NCBI GenBank assembly: GCA_964016885.1
Contig: OZ024741.1
Location: 386,384,001-386,448,000 of the forward strand
Source of the DNA: Eledone cirrhosa
Taxonomy: Eukaryota
Direction of reading: 5' to 3'
DNA: 64,000 nt
Shown: positions 13,107 to 24,668 of the stretch, one piece after another
Layout: every line of letters begins with the position of its first letter
How positions within the stretch are numbered: the first letter of the stretch is position 1
Notes under the pieces: model-generated
Told to the model about the DNA's origin: nothing
The model's input: only the letters and a program-made list of their open reading frames with translations
Databases searched by the model: none
Position numbers and translations under genes: made by a program

Positions 13107-13145
<39 letters not shown>

Positions 13146-13612
13146 GTGTATCATATCAAAAATCATATATCACATATATTTCAAAATTTGTCAGTAATAT
13201 ACTTTACTTTACATCTCGATTGCTACATTAGAATCTAATTTAGAGAAGCTAATAAATATAAATATAGAAATATCTTAAATAAAACACAGACTAAACAAAG
13301 GGAAGATCTTAGTAACATACTTTAAAATAAAGAAACTTCGCAAACATCTCACCCTAGTGGTAGAGTATTCGTTAAGCAACCTAAAGTTAGAGGGTTCAAC
13401 AAATGTTCCCCTTACTGCAGTTTCACGACCAAAAGAACTGACCATTTTAATTAATTAAGATAGTTCGTTCTCCCAAATATGGCAAGTTCTGGCAAAAAGA
13501 ACTATCTGATTTATTTGTGCTTTATTATATATATATATATATATATATATAGGTAGAACACTGGAAGGTAATATCCGTAGTGGTAGAGCACTCAGTCCAT
13601 GGGATGAGTTTG

Positions 13613-13817
13613 GTAGAAGAAGTAACACAACAATTAGTTCACCATACCGAGAACAATTGTTTCACCTTAGCGGATCTTCAGCTCGGACTGGTAATGGTTA
13701 TACGGAACAGGAAGAGGGTTTTTCCTGTTCCCTATAACCATTACCAGTCCGAGCTGAAGATCCGCTTAAGGTGAAACAATTGTTCTCGGTATGGTGAACT
13801 AACTGTTGTGTTACTTC

Positions 13818-13822
<5 letters not shown>
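13613..13822. mobile_element. Fold-back PLE tail (~100-bp inverted arms) with two opposed HHRs, in (TA)n
   Basis: 13613-13712 is the reverse complement of 13722-13822. HHR on plus at 13749-13789: CCGAG-CTGAAGA-TCCGCTTAAGGT-GAAA-CAATTG-TT-CTCGG. Minus copy at 13647-13686. Confidence 0.75.
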
Positions 13823-13901
<79 letters not shown>

Positions 13902-14086
13902 TGGGTACACAGGCATTAGGACGTGTGTTTTCCTGCCAGCAACATATCAAATATATCGATTTTCATCTGAGGATACCGTTCTCATAATCAACAGCAAATG
14001 CATGAAGGACATCTCGATTGCATGGAGAAGCGTGGAAATAATTATTATGATTAAACGATATATGTAACCTCAGTATCTTATTTTGT

Positions 14087-14145
<59 letters not shown>

Positions 14146-14689
14146 CCTGTAATTCAATGAGCTCAAAGCGGCTTGTTCTGTTCATACCACCGGTCATTGC
14201 CTCGCGCACGTATTTCCCTCTATTCACACGTGCTAAAGGTCAGTTACTATAGTCATCTTTAGTAGTGGGGACAATATCAGCTTGAGCACTTGCTGATGAT
14301 CCAAGAGCTGAGTTTGAAACCACTAATGCGGTGAAACAATCTTTTAGTGAGTTTGTACAAGGGGTATTTAGATATGAGGTAGGTTTTTCACTTTAATTTA
14401 TCCTATCCTATATATATATATATTTATCAAAGGTATATATTGAGTTAGAAACTCAAAATAGTCTCATTACAATAAAATAACTCTAGGAAAGAGATTTTTC
14501 CGAGCCGTATATTATAACTGAATATAAAAGAAAAACGAACACAGATATATACATATATGTGTTCAAATCGTAAGGGACCAGATTCACTAAGATGAAAAGA
14601 ATACTAACTATAGACAATAGGGTTTGCCAGACTCAATTTAAGAATAAATCACGAAAATAAATACAAACCGGAATTGTGGTAACTACCAA

Positions 14690-14769
14690 TCACCCGGACA
14701 GATTTGATAATGCTGTTTCGCAAAATTAATTGTGAAGAGGAATACCAATTCTTGCTCATCAGCGGGTGA
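14690..14769 (-). ncRNA. Type I hammerhead ribozyme with extended stems (GUC)
   Basis: Reverse complement reads TCACCCG-CTGATGA-GCAAGAATT…AATTTTGC-GAAA-CAG…CTG-TC-CGGGTGA, with a perfect 7-bp stem I. Confidence 0.85.
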
Positions 14770-15074
14770 AGAATTAAGTATCCTGGTTACTTATAAGTAT
14801 ATTCAGTTATAATATACGGCGCGGAAAAATCTCTTTCCTAGAGCTATTTTATTGTAAGAGACTATTTTGAGTTTCTAACTCAATATATACATTTGATATA
14901 TTCGGCTCCGTTAGTTTGTTGAGCTAATTCAAATGTCGAGTAAACCTGGCTGCTATTTTTAGTGGTGTGAGTTTGTAAGACACGCTAAGTTCAGATACCA
15001 TGTGCGTTATTATATATACGCACACTATTCAGTTTTTTAATATATTTAGAAGTGACCAGGATACTAATAATTCT

Positions 15075-15152
15075 TCACCGCTGATGAGCAAGAATTGGAT
15101 TCCTCTTCACAATTAATTTTGCGAAACAGCATTATCAAAACTGTCCGAGTGA
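15075..15152 (+). ncRNA. Type I hammerhead ribozyme (second copy of the 14690 family)
   Basis: TCACCG-CTGATGA-GCAAGAATT…AATTTTGC-GAAA-CAGCATTATCAAAACTG-TC-CGAGTGA. Confidence 0.75.
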
Positions 15153-15321
15153 TTGGTAGTTACCACAATTCCGGTTTGTATTTACTTTCTTGATTTATTC
15201 TGAAATTGAGTCTGGCAAACCCTATTGTCTATAGTATTCTTTTCACCTTAGCGAATCTGGTCCCTTACGATTTGAACACATATATGTATATGTCTGTGTT
15301 CGTTTTTCTTTTATATTCAGC

Positions 15322-16973
15322 AACCTTTACGGACTTTCGAAGATCCACAAGTGTAAAATAATTAACGATGCCTGTAAACAATCCTCCTCAACCTGCGTGA
15401 ACACACAATACCCAACAAACCTTAAATTAAGACCAGTTGTAGCGGGCCCACAATGTGAAACACACAGACTAAGCAACTTTATTGACATACTACTAAAACC
15501 AATTCTCAAACACATACCAAGCCTTGTAAGAGACGATCTGGACCTCTTAAACCACATCCCCAAACATGCCAACAACGACACTATTATTGTGTCTTTCGAT
15601 GTAGTGAATCTCTACAAAACGATCCCACACCAATACGGACTACAAGCAATAGGATTCTGGCTAGAGAAATATCCCAATGAGATACCTGACAGAATAGAAA
15701 AAAGCTTAATCACCGAGGGATTAAAATTTATTTTTCAGAACAACTTTTTTGATTTCGATGGCAGTACTTACAAGCAAATATCGGGGACTGCGATGGGTAC
15801 AAAAGCCGCTCCAACTTATGCCAACTTAGTCATGGCATACTTGGAAGTCCAGATATATGAACAGTCCAAATCAAAATACGGATTGAACTTCCACAAATAT
15901 TTATCAGAGAATTGGAAACGCTACTTGGATGATTGTCTCATTCTTTGGTCTCAAACACTCGACCAACTAAATGATTTCAAAAATTTAATTAACGGCATCA
16001 ATAACCACATCCAATTCACAATGGAATATAGCCAAGATCAACTCCCATTTCTGGACATCTAAATCATAAAAAAGACAAATATTGAAACTGACATACACTA
16101 CAAACCAACAGATTCCAAACAATACCTGCTATTCACCCCCAACCATCTAAAGCACACCAAGACGAACATCCCTTTTAACCTAGCAAGAAGAATTTTCACA
16201 ATTGTCTCCAATTATGAAACGCGAAATAAAAGACTTCAAGAATTAAAGGAAATTCTACTCGAAAGACAGTACCCACCATTACTAATAAATAATGGAATAG
16301 AAAGGGCTAAAGCAATAGGCATTGATAAATTACGAAAACAGAAACAAATTCAAGGTACGTCCAATATTCTATCATATATCTAAACACTCAACCCAAGAAA
16401 TGCGGAAGCTTACAACACTATTCACAAGAACATCCACTATTGAAACAAGACCCAAGAATGAAAAAAAGCCCTTGAAACACACAAAATAATCAAAAGCAAA
16501 AGACAACCGAAATCACTAAAAACATTACTCACCAATGCCAAATTACCTACCATAAACCCACAACCAACTGTCAAAAAATGTGGTCGCTCTAATTATGGAA
16601 CCTGCACTCACCTCATTGAAGACACCATCTATACATTTCAATCAGGACAAAATTTTGCTGTAAAAAATCACTTCACTTGCTCATCAAAAAATCTAATTTA
16701 TGCCATTAAATATAAAGGATGCATGAAGATTATATAGGACAAACAAAACTCACACTCAGAAACAGAATGACAGTTCATCGCCAACAATTACGAGATCCTA
16801 CCACAAGACAGCTACCACTAAGTGCACATCTAGACATATGCGCAAGTAATAAGACACCCAAATTCCAAGTCTTCCCATTTTATCTTTGCGCTGACAATAC
16901 AACAGAACAAATACGAATAAATAAGGAAAATATGTTTATTCAAATATATAGACCAACATTAAATATAGTTTAA
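15322..16973 (+). pseudogene. 5'-truncated PLE RT + Cys-linker + GIY-YIG (Neptune/Poseidon-like), with stops and frameshifts
   Basis: LRPVVAGP, SFDVVNLYKTIP, QISGTAMGTKAAPTYANL, WKRYLDDCL, LPFLDI; YIGQTKLTLRNRMTVHRQQ…ENMFIQIYRPTLN. Confidence 0.87.
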
Positions 16974-17239
16974 TATACATTATGTCAACACCATAACATG
17001 CTAATCATCCAAACAGACACATACATACACACACACACATAACACCTATTTTAGAAAATAAAAACCCGAACTAAATAAACCTTAACATACGTTATTACTC
17101 TAACACCTTAGCATGCTAACCCCCCATCCACACACACATAACTCCCTCCCCCATTTCTACTAACGGAATCATTTTCCTACACACACACACACAAATATAT
17201 ATATTCTCTCCATCTTAACATGCTAACCATACTCCCACA

Positions 17240-17278
<39 letters not shown>

Positions 17279-17332
17279 CACCCATACACACACACAACTC
17301 CCTCTCCCATTTCTACTAATAGAATCATCTTC

Positions 17333-17394
<62 letters not shown>

Positions 17395-17702
17395 GCACAC
17401 AAATAAACATACATATCTCTACTTGCTTTATTTCAATAGACAGTCTGAATTTTGACACCCCCGCACACCAGCCATATCCACTGAATCAGAACAATTCGCC
17501 CCATCCCATTTTTCTTGACCATTATCTTTTGTTTGGCACAAAATTCTCTAAAAGGCTACAAAATAAATTCCCAAATACGGGCGCGAAATTTAATGTACTT
17601 GTTCACGTGACAGTGATAATTTCATTTATAACCAATCAAATTACATTTCAGCACATCAGTCATACTCAGAACAACTTTCTCCATCCCTCTTTCTTGACCA
17701 TT

Positions 17703-17880
17703 GAATTGGCAGTATTGGTAGAGGGTCAGATATGCTTTCCAGCGTAGTTACGTCCCTTTACGATCTGAGTTCAAATCCCGCCGAGGTTAACTTTGCCTTT
17801 CATCCTTACGGGGTCGATAAAATAAAGTACCAGTAATACACTGGGTAATTTCTGGCCTTGTTCCAAAAGTAGAAACATTT
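17703..17880 (+). mobile_element. tRNA-derived SINE (family A)
   Basis: A-box-like TGGCAGTATTGGTAGAG, B-box-like GAGTTCAAATCC, conserved core GCCTTTCATCCTTACGGGGTCGATAAAATAAAGTACCAG, 3' end GGCCTTGT.CCAAAAGTAGAAAC. Confidence 0.8.
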
Positions 17881-18701
17881 ATCTTTTGTTTGGCACAAAA
17901 TTCTCTAAAAATAAATTCCCAAATACGGGCCGAAATTTAATGTACTTGTTCACGTGACAGTCATGATATCATTTATAACCAATCAAATTACATTAATAAA
18001 AAAAAAAAGCCTTCGTGAGCCACCTTTTTTTTTAAGTAAAAAGAAATTCAAACACAAACTGGCGCGAAAGCTGATGTACTTATTTACGTGACTGCATCAA
18101 CCAACCAAACTTAACTAATATATGAAAAAACAACTTGAGCTCCCCCTATTTTTGAAGGTAAATATAATAAGAACTTTGTAACGCGAACTCGCGCGTAATT
18201 TATTATACTTATTCACCAACCAACCAAATTACTTCTCTAAAAACCTAGCATTTCGAGGCACTGTTTTCCATATAAAACAGAAGTAACATTCAAAGACCAA
18301 CCAGATGTGAGAAAAACCATAAACCCTCCAATCTCAATTTTACTTTTGAAAAGCAGAAGAACTGCGAAACCGGTAAAGGAACCAAATAAATATATATTAA
18401 AAAAAAGACTCCAGTTGCATTTTCGATTTCACCTTTTTTCCTTATATATATATATATATATATATGCATATGCGTACACACACACACACAGATACACACA
18501 GACATACACATACATGTACAGGGAGAGAGAGAGAAGGTGAATCGCTAAGGAGGAATTTAGGTTGTATAAAGTTATAAAAGTATCGAAATATCAACAACTA
18601 TATTGAGAGACAGAGATATGTAAATTTATAGAGGAATTCTCAAGCAGTAACAACAACAATAACTCTATAATTAGCATTGATAGTAATATCATCATTATTA
18701 T

Positions 18702-18890
18702 TGGATTGGCAGTATCGGTAGAGGGTTGGACGCCATACTTTGAAGCATAGAGTTACCTCCCTTTATGATCTGAGTTCAAATCCCGCCGAGGTTAACTTTG
18801 CCTTTCACCCTTACGGGGTCGATAAAATAAAGTACCAGTAATGCACTAGGTAATTGCTGGCCTTGTGCCAAAAGTAGAAACAATTATTAT
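18702..18890 (+). mobile_element. tRNA-derived SINE (family A)
   Basis: Same head, core and tail as 17703; ends in (ATT)n. Confidence 0.8.
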
Positions 18891-19149
18891 TATTGTTTTT
18901 CTCCTCATGAGGCGGGGCTAACATAATTAACAGAAGTGGCTGTTGCTTTTTGAATAAAAGATAGTTCGTTGGCCATCGGTTAGTGTCAGGCCACTTTCAC
19001 TGAGATTTAAAGAATTCCTTATCGCGCACATCGAGCAGGTAATGTTCTTATTGATAAAGCTGAGCCATGTCGAGTATTCTCTGGTGCCATTAATATATAA
19101 ACAGACAGAATTGAGGCCAATCCCTATTTTTATTTATATGACTAAAGGT

Positions 19150-21250
19150 TGTGGTATCAGATTCTATGTTAGTCAGGATTATAAAAAGAGAAAGTTTTAA
19201 AGTGTTTATGCCTGCAATTGAAAACTCGTTCTAATCTATGATTTATTATTTATTATTTTTTTCGGAAATTATAAAGTACAAATCTAGTATACAGATATTA
19301 CAAATACCCGTATCTTATTTGTATAGGTCGGCGAATCCCAGGACAGACCAAGAAATCTCGTCTCCAGTTCTCATATTTTGTTGGTTAAAGTTGTAGAATT
19401 CCTAAGTTTATGATTTTTGAAGGAATGTGTGTGAACATACCACCTTTTCTTAAATACATTTTAAGTAGCTTCTATATATTTTATTTTCTGTTTGTTTGGA
19501 CTGATTACACATTGGTATACAATGTTATTGCACATACACATATTTTGTATGGGGCAGTTCTCAGGTCATAAGCAATTGCATCTTATCTCTTTTCTGTGGG
19601 ATTGTTCACTATTATTATTGTGGTAGGTATGAGAATAGGTTGTGATAGATTTAATTTCCTACTTCTAGCTTTTACTGCCTTGGGTCCATTTATCCGTGCC
19701 GGTTGAGAACATCCAATAGTGTTCATTTTAACATTAGAAGTTTGTTTAGTATCATAGGTATTTAAGCGTCTCTTATTCAATTTACTTATGCAACCATCCA
19801 GATTCATAGATGTTGAGTAATATAACCTAATAGTATTTCTGTTTAATATCTTATGGTATCTATGTGACTGCGGGAAATGCTTGTCAATCAGGTTAAAGAA
19901 TATGAAGGTTAGTCTAGTCTTAATTGCAGAGCACTGGATTATATACCCCAGGTATGTTCTGGTTCTAATTTGTTTTGTGATGTTATTCTTGAGGGGGGGG
20001 GGGGTTTCTTGGGGATTAGGAGAAATCTTACCTTTCTGCTGTTCACTATTATTTGGCCTGTGACGAGAGTATTTATAACTATTTTTAGAATACGGGTTTC
20101 TTCTCATCCGGTGATGTGTAACATATCTACTTCACTTGCTTTCATTTATATATTCTACCTCCCTCCTATGCGCTGCCTTCCATAATGTATCGTTATAATA
20201 CTCGACGTATTCATTAAATATTTCTAGATACGTGGGATATTCTAAGTGATACGTTACTAACTATAGAGTTAATTATAGATTTAGGGTGGCTAGATTGATA
20301 GTTAATATACGACAGGTTCTCATTATTTTTATGGTAGCGTTTGACTAGACCTCAGTTGAGATTCAGAATCACATCCTAGAAGTTAGTTTTTTTAAATTAT
20401 GTCCAAATGATATTTTTCGGCCTATTCTATCGAAAAAAGATCCAATTTATTTACGTATTCTCTATAATTTCTGACCATTAATGCTATTTAATTAATAGAA
20501 GAACGTCACATCTCAATAAATTTCTCCTAGGAGGTTATTAAATTACCTATGGAGATTATAGGCTATGTACATACCTACTATATCCATCACCTGCACTGAG
20601 TCACTGGAGCCCATAGTGATATCAAAGCCATCTATTATATCCTTGCGTACTCAGTATTCATCCCCAAATGGAATAACTGATCGTCTAGCTGTTATTGGTG
20701 GATTGGCAGTGTCGGTAGAGGGTCGGACGCCATGCTTTGCAGCATAGAGTTACGCCCCTTTATGATCTGAGTTCAAATCCCGCCGAGGTTAACTTTGCCT
20801 TTCATCCTTACATGGTCGATAAAATAAAGTACCAGTAATACACCTGGATAATTGCTGGCCTTGTGCCAAAAGTAGAAACAATTATTATACTAAGTTTTTC
20901 CTAACGAAAGTGAGAGCCTTATTAAGGAGAACAGGGGTTATAGAAAGGTAGTACTCATTTATATCAAATTGTATAAATTTAGAAATCTCCCTGTTTTCTA
21001 TTCCCCTAAACCAATTTATTATCTCTCCCGTACTGCCTCATAATTTGATCATTAATCTATTTTTCCTTTGAGTTATAATTCTATCTAGAATATGCTTACT
21101 TATTCGGCCTACATTGGATTCGATTGTCACATTAGCCTAATGGAGGGGGTAGAATCAAACTCTCTTTTGTGGTCCTTAAGATTGAATGTAGGGCACTTAG
21201 GTATAAGGGGTTCCGTCCTATCAGCTAAGCCCAATTAATTCACGATAATT
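19150..21250 (-). pseudogene. Highly decayed PLE related to the 8404 element
   Basis: ORF 19583-20107 has IFFNLIDKHFPQSHRYHKILNRNTIRLYYSTSMNL, matching VFFSLLEKNFPLGNRYRNIFNKNVIKLYYSTTPNL. The RT region near 20600 reads as FDITMGSSDSVQVMDIVG. Interrupted by a SINE. Boundaries are approximate. Confidence 0.7.
20696..20888 (+). mobile_element. tRNA-derived SINE (family A) inserted into the decayed PLE
   Basis: Same family consensus. Confidence 0.8.
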
Positions 21251-21350
21251 AGTCCTAAATGTAATCACTTACATATTAACGAAACGCGTGTCAGTTACAT
21301 AATAAATATTAATCCTTCAATTGTGAAATTGACGTATTCATATAATTTAT

Positions 21351-21479
<129 letters not shown>

Positions 21480-21626
21480 GTATGTATGTTGTGTGTATGT
21501 GTGTGAGTGTATGTATTTTTCAGTCTCACTCACAAAGTATTGGTTAACCTGAGGCTACAGTATGATGTTGCACAGTACCATCGAACTCAGAACCTTCTTA
21601 ACCATACAGCCATGTTGTGTTAATCC

Positions 21627-21870
21627 TCTTCTTCTTCTTCTTCTTCTTCTTCTTCTTCTTCTTCTTCTTCTTCTTCTTCTTCTTCTTCTTCTTCTTCTTC
21701 TTCTTCTTCTTCTTCTTCTTCTTCTTCTTCTTCTTCTTCTTCCTGGGAGAGTTGTGGGGCCAGAGTCCTACATGAACTGGCCTAGTCTCGCTTGGAGACT
21801 CATGTATGTTATCTAACCATATTGCTCGTGGGTCTACGCCTGGGTCTCCTACAAGTTGGTTTTGCTAGTA
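21627..21870 (-). mobile_element. (AAG)n tail with a short LINE (RTE-like) 3' fragment
   Basis: (CTT)n at 21627-21742 is adjacent to sequence reading KPTCRRPRRRP on minus. A similar fragment plus (CTT)n occurs at 24668-24895. Confidence 0.35.
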
Positions 21871-22687
21871 AAATGTTAATCATTATTGATAACATTTTTA
21901 TACATTTGATACTGTGCACTTTTGTTATTTTATTGTGTATGTATCTAATATTGCATTATATAAAATGTACTTACTTTGCTGTTTTTGTGGTTGTTGTGTA
22001 GCTACAAGCCTGACCGTACCCGTCGTCAAAGAGAAGGTTCTGGATGGCACTGCTCAATTGTTACTCTCAGATTTAGAAGATTTACGATAATATTCTTATT
22101 CCCAGCCCCGCCATAGAATTAATGCGAATTAAAGAGCCCACCTAGTATATTCTGAAGCTCCTGAGCACCAAAGCCCGCCGACAAGCTTCAGTTAAATCTG
22201 ATCGTACAAACCTATGTTCAAAAGTATTTCATCCATTACTGGCTGTCTTCTTTTGATCCAATCCGCAGCTCGGTATAACACTGCCATTTAGTTGGTCTGT
22301 AAGTGTCTGTAGCGGACTCTAATCTGTTGCAAATATTAGGATCAGGTCTTCTTCTTTCTACTGCAACCCATTGGTTTTAATTTTTCTCTCTCTCCTCACC
22401 GCCAATCTCGTTGACCCTGCGAAAGATACGGGTGCTAGAAATCAACAATACGGGTGCTTGAAACCAAATATTGTCTTTAAAAAGGTTGAAGGATAATGTA
22501 GCCCTCAAACATTATGTCTGAAAACAAAAATGCGTTGTTCGTGACTGTAATACCTTTAATGATAGGTTTGTTTCATCGAGGTTGTCTTAGGGTTAAACAA
22601 CTTTTAGAAGAAATTGATAATTCCCTACATTTTCCCAATTTTTTAACCCTGTGTAATTTTTCTAGTCTCATTTATTCCTTCAAAATA

Positions 22688-23078
22688 ATTCTTTCTACTT
22701 TTGGCACAAGGCTAGCAATTACCCCAGAGCATTACTGGTGCTTTATTTTATCGACCCCGTAAGGATGAAAAGCAAAGCTAACCTCGGCGGGATTTTGAAC
22801 TCAAGACGTTAAGGGCCATAACTCTATGCCACAAAGTATGGTGTCTGACGCTCTACCCATACTGACAATCCACTGCCATAATTAATTCAAAATAATTGTT
22901 TCTACTTTTGACACAAGGCCAGCAATTATCCCAGTGCATTACTGGTACTTTATTTTATCGATCCCGTATGGATGAAAGGCAAAGTTAACCTCGGCAGGAT
23001 TTGAACTCAGATCGTAAAGGGGCGTAACTCTATGCCGCAAAGCATGGCATCCGACTCTCTACCGATACTGCCAATCCA
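22688..23078 (-). mobile_element. Two tandem family A SINEs
   Basis: Reverse complement of the family consensus at ~22688-22875 and ~22895-23078. Confidence 0.8.
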
Positions 23079-23909
23079 AATAATATTCTTTCATTCGTAA
23101 TGTTTATTCGGTGAATGACTAATATCTTTCCATTATCATTCATTAGTTTAGTACATTTGAAAACATTTGTTTTACACACGAATTTTCTCTGGTATTCTAA
23201 TACATTGTCTATGCGTGTGAAAAAAGTGAGTGTGGTGGTGGAGAGGAAGGGGAGGGGGGCGAGGATGAAGGGACAGATTTTCTTTCACAGAAAGAAAATC
23301 TCTTATAATTATATCATTTTTATCTTCTTCCTATTTACTATTTATTTAAATCGCGTTTATTTTATATTCGTCTTGGAGGCATTTTCCTGTGCGTAAATTA
23401 CTTCAGTCTTCTTCTGGAACCATCTCAACCTTTGCGATTCTGCCTACATTTCTTACAACAGTGTTTTTCCTTTTCATTTGCTTTTCTTTTAAATATTTTT
23501 CCCTTTTAGATATAGTTTGCGCTACTGATCTTGTTTAATTTCGCATATTTTGAAAAATGATATTCATTTTTCTTTATTTTTTTCCCCCAAGACATTATTT
23601 CTGGTTATTCTTTCTTTCGGATTTCATATATTCTATCTCGATCTCAATTTTTATTAATTTCCTCTTGAGTAAAAAAAAAAAAAGAAAAAAAGAAAAAGAG
23701 AAAAAAAAGAAACAGCATAAAATAAAACAAGAAGCAAAATACAAATAAAAAACAAAACAAAAAATGAAAACACTCCCACCCCTACGCCACCCAGTTACTT
23801 TTTTTCTTTTCACAAAAGTTGTTTTGCTGCCTTGTTTTGTTTCGGTTGGTTTTAACACGAGATTCCTCAGTTGATTCTTGTTCCTATGGATATTATTATT
23901 ATTAATACT

Positions 23910-24612
23910 ATGGTTCAGTCTCTCAAGACGAGGTTCGCATCGCTCCTGTAAGTTTGTCCTATTTTCCCTGTTATTCAACATTTTGCATTGAAATTTTGAA
24001 ATCGTTTTGAAGCTAGGTGAGCCAGTATCCTTGTCAGCTGATTCATTTAGCTCCACTTGAAACCCTTAGGGGCCAAATCTGTGTTTGTTTTTAAAACACG
24101 CCCCTCAATTTTCTGCTAAAATTAATGATGGTGGACAAAAATGTTGCATCCGCTAAACGGAATGGCAGGCTGTCCATAGAGTAGAACAGCCAAAATTCTG
24201 AAAATAATAACAGCAGCAGCAGCAGCGACCAAAATTTATCTCGTGAAAACAAAGCGGACTTTCCAGCTGTGCCAATGTTTATTTCGGTGAATGCCGCCAC
24301 CACAACGACGGTAGGCCAACACCACAGACACCCACACACCCCTTCAAACAACGGAAACGAAAAACAAAATTAAAACGAACACACACGACAGCGACAACAT
24401 AAAATATAACAACATAAACAACAATAACAATAAGACCACCACCAACACCACCACCACCACCTCCCACACCACCACCACCTCCCACACCACCACCAACAAC
24501 AGTGAAAATGAAGACAGCAGCATCAACGGCAACAGCAACAACAAGGACAACAACAATAACAACAATAACAAAACTACGTTCGCAGCTACACCAGCGAAAG
24601 CCACTGAACTAT

Positions 24613-24668
<56 letters not shown>

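Larger units (their letters stand above)
7933..13108 (+). mobile_element. Penelope-like retroelement bounded by ~305-bp direct pseudo-LTRs
   Basis: Direct repeats at 7933-8240 and 12809-13108, each with an HHR followed by AATAAA. RT and GIY-YIG ORFs lie between them. The element is flanked by (TA)n. Confidence 0.85.
14420..15320. repeat. Nested inverted pLTR segments upstream of the PLE at 15322
   Basis: 14420-14525 is inverted at 14797-14900; 14518-14790 is inverted at 15055-15320. Confidence 0.8.

Noticed and set aside
14285-14340. CTGATGA…GAAA possible hammerhead
   Set aside because: Stems I and II and the NUH triplet could not be paired convincingly.
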